64,000 nt of DNA. Source: Phoronis australis (taxonomy: Eukaryota; Animalia; Phoronida). A program made the translations under genes and the position numbers. The notes under the pieces were generated by a model, which saw nothing but the letters and a program-made list of their open reading frames with translations, was not told the DNA's origin and did no database searches. The first letter of the stretch is position 1. Every line of letters starts with the position of its first letter. The stretch covers positions 377,072 through 441,071 of the forward strand of contig NMRA01000224.1 in NCBI GenBank assembly GCA_002633005.1, read 5' to 3'. Shown here piece after piece: positions 25,961-39,101 of the stretch.

Positions 25961-27465
25961 CTGAAAATATGATGAAATAAGCAAATTCATTTAAAGAAGT
26001 CGCCCCAACCAAAAAAATCACCCAAACGCCTCTTACACGTGCATCTAGATGAATGAAAATTCGATTGCACCATTGGCAAGTAGAGGCCGACACCAAACAA
26101 TGCAATTAGCGCCTAGGTTCTACTATGACAACCAGGGTTCTTAACTTCATGCCACACGACCGTTTCTTTAATTTCCTCCAGAATGGAAATCGTGAATTCT
26201 CTCCAAAATTCCTGACTCGCAGGTCAATCAATTCATTTCAGAGCCATCATCCTAAACGGCGCTAGTAAGATAAACACCCACTTTTCGCGCAGTTTTGCGT
26301 GCTCTGGCGTGTTCTCGCCAATCTCACGAGAAATTAGCTCTACGAAATGCACCTAAATACTCACTGGAGGTTGTTTCCGTTTCCTACCAAAGAACCTCAC
26401 TTCTAATCCTGTACAGGATAGGCTAAATTATATCAATCACCGTGAGGAAACATAATTTCAGAATCTAGTTTTGCCATTTTGGTGGTTTGGGGAACTGGCA
26501 GGAAACAGTCACTTTTGAATGTTTGCCAGCCGTTTTGGACCCTCGCTTTCATTTTCCAATGGAAGTGAAGGGATCAAATATACTACCCAGTTGTTCACGG
26601 TTCCTAAACAGCACGGAAATTTTGTGTACTTATCGGGCGGTCCGTCGATCGTCCATTTCTTCTATTATTACACAAACATTGATAATTTTGTCCTTTGATT
26701 GGCTGAACTGACACGGAACTACAACTTCCCATATAGCGGCATATTGAGGCACATCGTCCAACTTAGTGAAGAATATTACTTTCATTTCATGCCGCCCGGA
26801 CGTCAGATTCGCGATTTGACCAATCAGACGCTGTACAAAAGATAAACCATCACTACGAAGTGTGCAGATGATGCCAGTACATCAAAGCAGCTACATACAA
26901 TCTAATGTAATGAGAGACGGAGGGAAGAAGCGTCAGGGGTAGTGTAATAAACCACTAACTGACCGATCTCTACTGCCACAATTGAACTACCGCCTTTACA
27001 AACTTTCGACAAACAAACTATACGTTTTACTCGACAACGCGTTGTTTGTCGTGTAAAATGGCGGCTTGGAAACGAAGGTGTCTCAATAATGCTGCATTCT
27101 GATTGGTCAGTTAAGCAGTCATTCGAGATACTGTCGATAGGCCAATTTACGTGTCGTCTGTATTTTACCAGCCTCATTCCACTCGGAGGAAGAGCCTGCG
27201 CCAGTACCGTTTGTGGCCTTTTGAAACTGCCCAAGCCGTGAGAGTCTTTTTATTTTAAATAGTTTATAATTTCTTAATCCAAATAGTATACGACCACGAC
27301 AATCCACTCTATGACATTTTGTGGACATCGGTCACAGTCTATGTCGGATGACAACGGATCACAAGCTAAGCCTGTATATCAGGTCCTACGTGGCGAAGGT
27401 GATGCTACTGCTTCAGTAGCTTTTCCAAGGTTATGTTTCCCACTTTCTAAAATCTCACAACTTAC

Positions 27466-27729
27466 TTGTTTTTAGGCTTATCTCCTCTGTCGCAACAGCA
27501 ACGAAATTCTTCCTCGTTGTTGTTACCGTAATAGTGTAAATAGAGCCAGGAGTAGTTGGGGAGCAGGTGCCAAATTCATTCTCTTTGTCAACGCTTGTCT
27601 GAATAGGCCTTTCCCCCTGTATCCAACACTTTAAAATGTAACCATCCCTGTAGCCTTGCGCATGCGTCCATGAAACGTGAATGGCGTCCGCAGAAACCAA
27701 CGTCGTAATGTTCGACACTCTCGATGTTG
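27466..27729 (-). CDS. FN3 domain exon
   Basis: 264 nt, phase 1-1, tttcag| ... A|GTAAGT; WTHAQGYRDGYILKC...TCSPTTPGSIYTITV. Confidence 0.9.
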
Positions 27730-28065
27730 CTGAAATGCAAAACAATGGAGTGGGCGCTGGACTGAGACAACTCTTGGGGGAGTGGGTTTCCACCTCCGTT
27801 GGGACAAGTAATGTAGCGACACAACGCAAGGCGTGGCATCACTGGTCATAAAGTCTTGGTTTACTGAACAGTTGCATTCAGGGCATGTTTTATACTACCT
27901 GTTGTTCTTGTGAGCTCACTATTCTAACTGGGTACATGTACCTCTCAACAATTCGAGGGTTCACAAATTCGACAAATGTTAATATTTTTAAGGTCGGAAG
28001 GTTCGCGCTGACTCACAAATCGCAGGCAAATTTGTTTCAGACAGGCCTGGAGCTCACTATATTAG

Positions 28066-28710
28066 TGTAACAGGAGTGCCCTGGACATGATTATGTAAGT
28101 AAGATATATGCGCCCTCTAGTGGTCAAGCTGTGTATTACGTATGGAATTTTCCTATGATGTTGAGTCCTTTGGACATGGCCAAATATGGTCAGAGCCTAG
28201 GAGCTATGGGCCTCGCCCTTCAGATCGTGTCTGATTGGTTGAAATTGTGTACTTAAGCTTTGTCTCTGTCAGACACGAGGAGTCCAGTCGCAGAGTTCAA
28301 GAAGCAAACATGTACACCTTCACTCACACCAAATTGCAACTGTTTGTGCAGCTTTCGGGCTCCTCCCGAACTTGGTTGCCAACAGTTTAGCCCCATGCAA
28401 TTCTCGGGCTCCTCCCGAGCTTGATTGCATCTCACCTTTCGGATCTGAATAACCAAATTGCCCCGTTCTTGCACACACAACTATTAATCAGCGACTGGCT
28501 TGCCCGTGTATCAGAACTGTATAAATCACAACGCTGCGATACTAAATCATGGAACAACTGGATTGCTTGTAAGTGTGGAATATTGTAGTTATATATTCTT
28601 ACAATAAACCTATGTATTATTCACCAACTTTTAGTTTTCAACATCACCCTCAGTCCGCACCGGGCTCGTAAAATCGGGGCGCCTTGGTCGTAGATACCGC
28701 CCCCGTTACA
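28066..28710 (+). mobile_element. Solo LTR (probably Gypsy-type)
   Basis: TGTAAC...GTTACA termini, 4-bp TSD TTAG on both sides, TATAAA at 28520, AATAAA at 28603; 645 bp. Confidence 0.9.
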
Positions 28711-29673
28711 TTAGGAACATTTTATCCAAAATTTCTATCACAGTCATGGTTGTCACGAAAGTTCCAAGCCAATTAAAACTAACTTTACTGACTGATGAAC
28801 CTTCGGACTTGCGAACATTTGGACCAATGATCATCAGATTTCAAACCTTGTAACATGAGGACCTTCGGACTAGTAGACCTCTGGATTCTCGACCTATCTA
28901 AAGTCAATTTGATGCCAAGATATTGAAGTTCACTTCTCTTAGATAAATCTCGAACTGCACTATAATCATTAAATTCACTCTAATTAAGATATAATACTCA
29001 AATTCTGGGTTGCGCGGGAACTTTTTCCTATTCTCACATAACGTGGAATGTGTTACGACACGACAGAGTGCGTAATTTTTTGATACATGTATTACATGGG
29101 CGAATCACAATAGTGCAAAATGGACATCCATACGCCATACATTTTATCGTCTGCAAAACACTAAAACAACCTAACGCGCGCCAACCAAACAAGAGAAGGT
29201 GACAAAGTTATGATTGACAAATCGGGTGTCGTAACTGTACGTACTCGCAGTCGGAAGGACATACAAACAACTTCTTAAACGGACGCATTTTCGGCGATGA
29301 ATTCCATATCCATGTTCATTCAAACGGAGACGAGCCCTATTTCAAGAAACGCGGCAAGACTGTCTAGCTGTGCTGTCTCAAGATCAATTCAGTGCTCACG
29401 CGCCAGGAAGCCTTGCTGACTCATTTATAAACATTTTTAAAGTTTTAATATTACAACTTCAAAGGCTACTTATTAGATTCTTACTTGAATATTTGCTACG
29501 AAACAGGGTGCAATTTACTATTGCTAAGTTTAAAATAAAACTATTAACAAAAAGTAACCGAATTACTTTACATTGCGTACGCGTGTTTTTACAACAGTTG
29601 CGTCGTGTGGTTAGGAGTGGTTTTTCAGAAAAAAAGATCGTTTTTTAGGGTTCATGTGAGGAAACAAATCTTA

Positions 29674-30686
29674 CACTCGTCTCAAATTTATGACATGGGC
29701 AAAACCTCTTAGAAATTTTGTCAAAATCCCTCGGCAAGCCTCGAGATTTTGACTGTCGGACGATTGACTGTTCTTTGGTTTGTTTAAAAGGTAGCTATGC
29801 TTTGAGTTTGTGCTTAGATGGAGAGTGAATAATCAAATCCAGTAATTAATTAATTAGACAAATGAAACCTGTTGTTAATTAAGTCATCAACTACAAAGAA
29901 GAGTAACTACACTAGCGCCCTCCTTAAAGATTACCTCAGTCAATCAACCAAAATAATCAAATGTCTTATCAGCTATCTAAGCTAGGACTCTCCACTTGTT
30001 GGACTTCTATTGGTGAATCTTCGAACTACACAGCCTGTATAGCGACAGTGTACTTGCTGGTCACCGTGTCTGGTGATGCAACACTTGCAGGTAACTTTCT
30101 TCTGCCCACGATTCTTCTTGCTGGTCATAGTGTCTGGCTGGTGACGCAAAACTTCAGGTAGTCTCTTACTACCCAAAATGTAAGTGACAAGCTCTTAGTT
30201 AACTTCCTGTTCGTTAACCCTTGCCCTTGCCAAGATCCTTTCTACAATCTTCCACGAGATGGCTCTGTCGTACAATTTTCCCTGTACACTGTAGCAACTC
30301 TTCATGCTTCAACTACTATAGCTCATCTGAAATTCTTTTTGACTTAAGCCCATATTATAATATTCTACTTATTTAGTGATTGGTTAATAAAAACCACATT
30401 ATCATATCCAATCATATCATTGGCTGTTACAGTTTGTTTTCAGAATTTTCTAGAATCTCTAGAGCACTTTGACCCCAGAACCCAAAGTTGTAAACACCAT
30501 CTAAAAATAGATTTTGACGTTAAAGTACATGTCAACAAGTCTGAACCCATGATTTAAAAGTACATATGCACAAACTTTAGGCAACTTAAAATGCATCTAT
30601 TCTAATTAATTATTTAATCAGTATTTATTCTGACATTGACGAAATTTTTAAGAGGTTTTGCACATGTCATAAACCTAAGACTCGTG
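29674..30686. mobile_element. Non-autonomous TIR element with CAC...GTG ends and TA flanks
   Basis: ~50-bp imperfect TIRs (cactcgtctcaaatttatgacatgggcaaaacctctt / aagaggttttgcacatgtcataaacctaagactcgtg). Superfamily not assignable. Confidence 0.7.
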
Positions 30687-30819
30687 TAGGATTCTCTATT
30701 TACGTCACAAGAAGACAAGGCTTGACGGCGTGTTGTGGTTGACTGCTGGCCTGGGTTGTTCAATTTCATGCCAGTCAACTGCAGTAGCACTCTGTTTGAC
30801 CTTGTCCTTCGGACACGAC

Positions 30820-31900
30820 ATGGATATTGTATTCACTTCATATGAATACATAAAAACAAAATTATAATCTTCCGTAAAGGAGGATATTTAAGAAATTATG
30901 AAAAGTGGGACATATTCGGGGAAATTGTACCAACAACTTCAGAGTATAATTATTTAGGAATCAAGTTTACCCCCAAAGGGTGTGTTTACAAAGGCGCAGA
31001 AAAAAATTAGCTGATAAAGCAGGAAAGGCTATTTTTGTACTGAAAAAAAAAACACGCGCACACGGCTTAATACACTGACGTTCATGTGTAAGTGTGGTTA
31101 AAATTGTTTGATGAAAAAGTATTACCGATTATGTTGTATGGTTCTGAGATCTGTGGATTTCATCCTGCGGCACAAGACATTGACATAGAGCACAATAATT
31201 TTTTAAGTTCCTATTGCAACGTAGAAAGCATATTCCAAACGTTTCGGTGAGAGAGAGTTTGGTAGAATCACGATGAAGGTACACTTATTATTGAGAATTG
31301 TTAAATACTGGCTAGAGATTGTCAAAATGCCAAGCCATCCTCAGATCAGCGTATGCTATAATGTGCAATGTGAAATGGCTGAAGAAAACATGTGTTGATG
31401 GGCTGTAGACGTCAAACGATTGTTAAATGCGGATGCTTTTGGAATTGTTTGGGCACATAGAGGCGTAGGCGATACTACCTCATTTATATGTGAATATCAG
31501 CAACGTCGCTCTGACCTTGATATCCAGAATTGGAGAAACAATATCTTCCCTATCGTTAGATGTTTAAAAAGTGGCAAAATTGATTTTGTTTTTGAAAACA
31601 CATAACAAGCCTAGAAAGCAGTTCATTTAGAACAGCTTTCGCAAGATTTAGATGTTCAGCTTATTCTTTAATGATAGTTAAGGGAAGACATTTTGTCTTG
31701 ATAGAGAGGAGAGAACAGGGCCCTGCTTCACTGGTGGAAAGGTGGAATCAGAAATACACTTTCTTCTCGAATGTAAATTATATTCTGATTTGCGCATATA
31801 GTTTGTACCTAGATTCAATAGAGTGGATGAAGCAGTATTCAGGGATCTCCACCTACAGACCCATGATTTAAGTAAGTTGAGAAAAAAGGCTAAATGTTTA
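30820..31900 (+). mobile_element. Decayed non-LTR retrotransposon ORF2 C-terminal part (RTE-X/CR1-like)
   Basis: Broken-frame motifs KTKIIIFRKGG, YNYLGIKF, KLFDEKVLPIMLYGSEI, RIVKYWLEI, ARFRCSAYSLMIVKGR, ESEIHFLLECKLYSDLR. Confidence 0.85.
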
Positions 31901-34606
31901 ATTATTGCTGAAAACGTCGAAACCAGTCTGTGATGTCAAGTGGTATTTTTTCAGATATCCTGTACTCTCTGCCTATTTACGTGAAATACACATTTACATG
32001 TCAATACGCAAGAGTGGAATATTGGAAAACTGGTTCTAGAACTCCATCATGTGGCACATGGTTTACGGGGAAACCATCTCGAGACGTTTCCAGTGGGTGG
32101 CGGCCGGTGACTAAATACCTAGTAGCTCACGTTTTTAACCCTTATTAGTTGGTTAGAACTTGTTATAACGAAGCCGTCAGTACCTACAGGTTAATTCTAA
32201 CGAAATATGTAGACAAAAATTCGCAAAAATCACCACTTGTCACGAACTGGAACCGAGTGATACTGCGCGAGTTTAGGTTGCCGCAAAGTCGGAAGTGAGA
32301 TTCATTAAGGAACGATTGAATAACAAGGCCGACTATTCGACATGGCTGAGCGTATATTCCTGGGAGTAATTAACTCTGGTAAACAGCATAAACATATCAA
32401 AGGACATGCAATATCGAAATGGTTAAGTAAAATTACTATTAATACTGAAAGAATATTCTAACAATTTGAAAATATACTGAAACTAAATTTAGACACGAAA
32501 AAACTAAGATACCGATGTACTCCGGCGACTTTGTTAGGCAGCTGACGGCCAACAATGAGCGACGGCCTATTTCTTATAGTATAGGCGGAATAACTTCAGA
32601 AAGAAAACTTGGTATGGTGCCAAACTGTATAATATTAATATTAATGAGTTTAAAGTAAAAGGATGAATTTACATTCAGCCTGAAGCATTCGTATTAAGAG
32701 CTTGTTCGCGAATGGACCAGGCAGAGGGTGATAAACGCTATGTCACAGATTCTCTTTATATTTTGTCTGTGAGATGACACTGACCCCACTGACTCCAGAC
32801 CACCTTTATTTTTTTTCAAAACGCCCCCTTTTGGTTTCCATGGATACTATTTGTTTCCGACAAGTTTTCAGCCTGGCGGCACTTAAGTTTTAGTAAAATT
32901 CCGACAGTTAAGTTACGCAGTGGAAGTAACGTTGAAATATTGAACCTGTGTTATTGATCAGGTGTGACCTTCGTCTACTTTATTCATGAAAATTTAAAAG
33001 ATTTCGATAATTTTTTGTCTGTTTTTAGAGCCGCATAAGATGAGTACTTTTAGTGATTTTGGAAACTNATAAACTACAGTTCAAAACACTACCCCTGTTT
33101 GCGTTTTCTATCGCGAAATTTTTATTTTTAGACAACAGAAGTATCCACTGTAAAGTTTTGTCACGTTTCAAAACATTTTTGTCTAATAATGGAAAATTAA
33201 AGTCAATTTAGCAAGTGATTATTTTCCCGGCAAAATGACATTTGGCAACTGACGGGAAAACGGAACTTCGCCGGTTGTCTCCGTAGTACAGGTGAGGAGG
33301 GCACTATTTTGAGATAAAATGTTTTTGATTGTTGAAGCTCTGACGTATGTGGTGTTTTTCTCACTTTACACTTTTAACGAGCAGTAAGGCCGGTGCTGAA
33401 TAGCTACCAAGATATGACGTAGCAATTAAGCTGCGGGTAGTCACGCTGGTACTTTGCATCAGTTTCACGATATGGCGACAAAGACGAGAAATTTGCCGAT
33501 CTAAAAAGGATTTTCCTCTAATTTATTAACAGAAAAGGTACTGTTGCTTAAATTTGACGCGCCCTCTCCACGTCACGAGTTAGGGCAACTCGGAGTATTT
33601 GGCTGCGGGAGACCGATGCGACGTATTCACAAACTTATAACTGCATTAAATATCACTCGTCATATGCAACGAACAGATAAATTTTGGACAATAGATAATC
33701 AAATTTGTATAAAAAGAACCAAAAACAATGTACAAACAAAATAACAATGTTTTTACGCTCACTGAGATATCAATACGTCTTCTAGGACAACATCCACCAT
33801 TTAGGAATCGTCCCTTAACTGATGCACAAGGTCACAAAACTATAAGGAATAGCTGATGATTTCCCGATTTCGGCCGAGATACAAAACTGTGCTCAAAAAG
33901 GCCTTTAGTTTGATAACAGAAAAGATATAAACATCATGCCGTGTTACGTATTACTTAATTTGGTATATACTTTCAAGTTTTTAAACTAGAGTACCCTTTG
34001 AGATAAAGACTTTAAGTCAGAGGATTCGAATTACGGTAGTTTTTTGAGATTGTCTGAGATTAAAACCATTGGGGGAATTCATGATCGTTCAGAGGGAATG
34101 TTTTGGCCGGATGAGGGTAATTTCATGAGATTTTCAGAGGGGAAAGAGGCCGATATCGGTTTTTGGACTAATGAACAATATAGTGTTGTATCAAATCTGA
34201 CATGCGGAAGTACCTTTCGCGCGCCCATTACTCTAGAGAGCGCCAATATGAAAAGCCCGCTATTCCGCTAGAAGGAAACCAGTTTCGCAATGATAGGCAC
34301 TGTGACGGAGAATTTCTAATAAACCACAACATGACGTCAACATGAATCTAACCCCACTGTCATAAATTTGGGTCTTTTCCAAAGATTACCCCCCTCGAGT
34401 GATGACGTAATATGTGAACGCTCCCTAAAAACATCGCGTAAGTAAGTCAATTTTCAACATACATGTACTAAACAATAAATCGTTGTTAGTTATGATATAC
34501 GTTCCACTTATTAGATATTGTCAAGCTTACATTCACTGGAATTGCAAATAATGGATAGCACTTTCAAGAAACACATTCGTACTACCAGGAAGAGATCAAA
34601 CCATAA

Positions 34607-35009
34607 CCCTGAGATGTTCAGCGGCAGATGGAAAGGGGGCGACCTGGTAGCGTTGGATTCAGAACCCAAAGAGAGCGTTGCTGAGGTCAAATTCCAGGAC
34701 GCTAGGGTGTTGCTGAGATCTAAAAGCCAGGTGCCTCCGGTCGGAGCTGAACCCAGGTTGCATTCGGCCAACAGGCAATTACCATTTGGCAAGTGGCTTA
34801 GAGAGGCTTTATCTGACTGCACATGTCCTCACAACCAGAAGTCACGTTTCACAACACTACTCCCCTTCTGCGGAACAGGCGCTCCCCGGCTTTTAGATCT
34901 CAGCAACACCCTAGCGTCCTGGAATTTGACCTCAGCAACGTTCTCTTTGTGTTCTGAATCCAACACTACCAGGTCGCTCCCTCTCCATCCGCCGCTGTAC
35001 ATCTCAGGG
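34607..35009. mobile_element. Foldback element / MITE with ~125-bp inverted arms
   Basis: CCCTGAGATG...AAAAGCC arm and its reverse complement at ~34888-35009. Flanks ATAA| and |TTAA (piggyBac-like ends). Confidence 0.8.
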
Positions 35010-35762
35010 TTAATCGTGGATTTTTCCTTAGTTTGGCGCATATGTAGAAAATTTATCTCTTCCTTTTACTACTAGCGACACTAAAACTGAGAATAAAGAA
35101 CTTTCTTACTTTCATTTCACCTGGGTACCAAGATTTTTAAAATACATTTCAATTAGTTTCTTACCATATATGCATGTCTTGCGTCCACTGGTTTTCAATT
35201 TCAATAAAATCTAACAAGCCTTTTTTGAAAATTTTGGAGGCTCGACTGCTTAGACCCATTCTAGTATTGGTAAACAGTGATGATGATTCGGGCACTGGAC
35301 CCCCTGCCGCCATGAAAAATCTTACACGAAGACCTTGACTACAAACTGATCAGCTTTTAAATGAGTAGCAGACTCAATATTTCTAAAATAGCAAACTTCA
35401 TAGGACGACCTAAAATAGCACAATTTTGGATATCATTGTTTTACCTCAAGTTTTGAGTGAACCATTTGTTTTGGTTTTTGAAATGTTTACACGTGAAAAC
35501 ACCATGAGGTAAAGGGGTTCACTGATTGGTTCATCTGAACGATAAGTCAGCGGCGGTGAACATTACCAACAATGTACAATGTATCAATCATTGAACGCCA
35601 TTCGCTCCATGATGTAGTCATGTGTAATTTTGAAACCTTCCTGAACGTACGCGTGTTTTAGAACCAAAGTTTGACTCCCAAACATGAACCAAAATGAAGT
35701 TTTTGACGATCGTACCGCAAAGGCTTTAAGGACTAATCCTGCTAAAATAGCGAAATGCTTAC

Positions 35763-36032
35763 TAGTGCGAGTCGAATCATCGCTGACATGTAAGGAAGTG
35801 TTGCTCCTCCAACCCCTTTTGCTGGTAATGACTTTAACACTGTGCGCGGTTGCCGGCACGAGTCCCGTACAGTTGGCCGTTGCGACGTTAGCGGGCACAT
35901 GGACTTCAACGACGTGATTGGCTTTGCATTGTAATGTGTACCTGTCTTTGTCGCCGTCTGCATGCTGCCACGTCACCATCAGAACAGTGTCGGTACGGAG
36001 GATTATTGTAACCGAATGTGCTGCTGCTAAGG
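35763..36032 (-). CDS. FN3 domain exon
   Basis: 270 nt, phase 1-1, cactcacag| ... A|GTAAGC; WQHADGDKDRYTLQC...NCTGLVPATAHSVKV. Confidence 0.88.
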
Positions 36033-36782
36033 CTGTGAGTGCGATTCGTTAAAGAGAGACGTCACAGGCTTATTTCATGTAACAGGCCTCCGGTTCAAAT
36101 TACAAAAATACATGTAAGTACATGTAAAAATCCTAGAATATCACAACAAAAAAAATTATTCTATTTCAGTACGATCAATTCCAGTACCTTCACCCAATCT
36201 CACTTCATTCAAACCCATGTCTTCTTCACCAAAAGTAATAATTTTGATAAAAACAGCTGTGTACAGTGTCATTCGACTTACAGAAGAGATTAAACGGTTC
36301 AACATGGACATGGAGCTGTGAAGAAAAAACTGTCTCAACGTAGACGTACAGACATTTCTAAGACTGTCATACCACTGTCTGCGTAATGCATGGCGACTTG
36401 TTTTCTTTCTTACCTTTCACCAAGTTTGAAACTTAGGCAGGGTTTAGTAGCTCTCTTGCGGCTAGAAAAATCTAGCTAAAATCATGAAAATACATGGCAA
36501 TATTTCGCGTAATCTCGCGAAGTGTAGCTTTTCTAGCGAGGTCTCAGCGAGAGGTACTAGCCTTACTGAACTCTAGCTTCTTTTTTCATTTTTGTCCAGA
36601 GCTGCGCCTAGTAATGGTTTGGTTAGTGGCTCAAATCTATAGGTTATTGGGCTTAAAGAATAACCCGGTGCTCAGTGCATAGGAACACGAATGGCATTAA
36701 TTAGAGGTGAAGGTCTGTGACGTCACTTTATTCCTACGTATTTGTGACAACGTACCTCTCGGAAAGAGTTTCATTTGCTTAC

Positions 36783-37061
36783 CAGTTTTTGTAGATTCAG
36801 AAGTTAAGTTAGGCGTAAACGCGTCTCTCCAGCCAAGCTTCCGAGACGTTATTCTAACAGTGTACCAACTGCCTGGCGTAAGGCCAACACACGTGGCCCT
36901 TCGAACGCCCCTCTTCACTACAGCCATGTTTCCAATCGCGTTTCCTTCGGCCATGCATTGCACCAAGTAGTTCTCTTTATCCCCGAACGCTTCTGTCCAT
37001 CTGACTTCAAGACCATCCACTCCTTTTGGAGTAACCGAGGTAATAGTTGCTCTAGTCAACT
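36783..37061 (-). CDS. FN3 domain exon
   Basis: 279 nt, phase 1-1, gtttgcag| ... G|GTAAGC; WTEAFGDKENYLVQC...TCVGLTPGSWYTVRI. Confidence 0.9.
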
Positions 37062-37070
37062 CTGCAAACA

Positions 37071-39101
37071 TCCAACCTTATTCACAAAAATTGTCCATTT
37101 TTACAATATTTCACTTGTATTTAGCAAAATACCTTATCTTCATTCTCAGGGAACTTCTAATACAAAATATATACCACGTGGCGAGAAAAAAAGATTTAGC
37201 AGAACCACCTTGGAACCGCACAACCGCGTGAATATTTGTATACTACTTATCCAAGGTCAAAGGTTAAAGGGCTTTCAACTAAATCGAATCTCCCGCCAGG
37301 TACAGAACAGCTTCGTATACCCTCGGTCCTTTCATTCACAAAGTTGCCATAACATTGAACCAACGAGGTGTACTTATGATAGAATGGTTCCGGGGAAAAC
37401 GAAGACAAAACGTAGTTTTGATCCTAAGGGAGTTGTGCGTCTACATGCATACGACCGTTGGCGTTGAAAACGAATGCTACGAGTCGCCTCAGGCTTCTTT
37501 GGTCACGAACATAGAAAGTTGTGAAAAGAGATAAATCTTCACCCTAATTCCTTATTTCAATTAATAAGTTGACATTTCGATGTTTCAATCTCATGCTAAC
37601 GACATACTTTAACCACCGATTAGATTATTGTAATCCATTTCTTTTTTTAGAATTTGATTCAATATAATAGGTGCAGTACAGATCACACAATTACAGATGC
37701 TTTTTGTTCTATTCAAGGAACAGTTAAGGTGTTAACTTACAGTGCTAATATGTACAAAGGTAATTTGACAATGGAGGAAAGATAAACATAGTTGAGGCTA
37801 GGATTCCTTAGACTACGCCAACAAGGTCAAGACCTTGCCAGCGCTCTATAAATTCACAGCACTTCATTTTGTTTATATATATAAATCGTTCAGTAGAAAT
37901 GTAGAAAGCAACTTCCTTTTTAAACATTGCAAGGCACGGATGTTTGCACTTCAATCTTTGTTCATAAATGTGGTATTTTCCGTGGGAAAGAATCATACTT
38001 TGTAAAACTGCCTTCACCTGAACACCAAACAGAACTGATTTTACAGACAGTTCTAAATTAATTACAACAGCATCTTCGAGCCAGTTATTTACATTATTCC
38101 AAAACTGCTGAGTTTCGCTACAAGATCAGTACACATGGACAATAGATTCAATTTCACTTAAGCAAAAAGTGCACAATGAGCTATCAATTACGCCAATCTT
38201 GTATAAAAATTCATTACAGCCTATGATTCCGTGAATCAGCCTAAACTGGAACCATCTCAGAGAAGCATCTTCTGTGAATGAATAGATGTAAAAAAAAAAC
38301 ATTGTGTAATCCATTTCTTACTTGGTTTCGTATCAGACTCCCACCACGTGACGTGTACAGGCTATGAACTTTGACCTACTTAGAAAGTAAGGCATAAACA
38401 ACAATAAAAAATGGCTGGGAACAATACATTTATTTGAAGTTTTAATGACAATTAAGTTAGTTACGCAAAGCAAAATCAATTGACATTGCGAGTGAACGTT
38501 GAAATAGCTAACATAATTAAGGAGAACAAGTTTTCACGGGAATAATTAACCGAAGATTTTGAGATTTTCACTTGTCCCAGTTTAATCGGCAAAATCGGCT
38601 TTATCTGAACTTAGGAACAATAGTTCTCAAAAACGGCTAAATGGATTTTGTTGAAACCTTCCAAACTTAATATTTAGTCATCAATCTCAATAACGCTGTT
38701 AGGATTTTTGATATAAAGACCTAGTTTTTGCGTAATGTGACAAACATGAATACGACTTCAATTTGTACAAAAATACCTTACGTTTTACGAGTTGATTTGT
38801 CATAGAAACCAAACAAACAGACTGATCGAAAATTCCTAACGGCATTTTTGAGGTAACTGGTGAGGTTTTCATTTAAAAAAGGTTTCAGGGGTTCTTTTGC
38901 TATGAATGTACCTTTCTTAAAAATGAAATTCTGACTTAAAAAGGTTTTTACATGAAATAATAATGGCCCATAAATACAAAAAGTATATTTATATTTCCTG
39001 GTCTTTGTTCTTTCATAAAATATATACTTTTACAAGTTGACAAAGCTTAGTTTTTTGATATCAAGTTAGAACGGAGGCCACTAAATAAGGTTGGAGATAA
39101 C
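37071..39101. mobile_element. Kolobok-like non-autonomous element (same family as 62659-63928), interrupted by a LINE
   Basis: 37071-37310 aligns with ~62667-62900 and 38440-39101 with ~63290-63927. TIR remnants tccaaccttatt / aataaggttggagataac. Confidence 0.8.
37644..38304 (-). mobile_element. 5'-truncated L1/Tx1-type LINE (ORF2 C-terminal zinc-knuckle region)
   Basis: LRWFQFRLIHGII..NEFLYKIG..DSSLCTFC..EIESIVHVY*SC...FW motif, short poly(A), 15-bp TSD TGTAATCCATTTCTT at 37629-37643 and 38305-38319. Confidence 0.9.

Noticed and set aside
29982-30176. Additional FN3 exon (SPDTVTSKYTVAIQAV-like string on the minus strand)
   Set aside because: Flanked by stops, lacks the FN3 Trp and matching splice sites, and lies inside a TIR element.
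34511-35075. Paired ORFs with near-identical peptides on opposite strands
   Set aside because: Consequence of the foldback inverted repeat.
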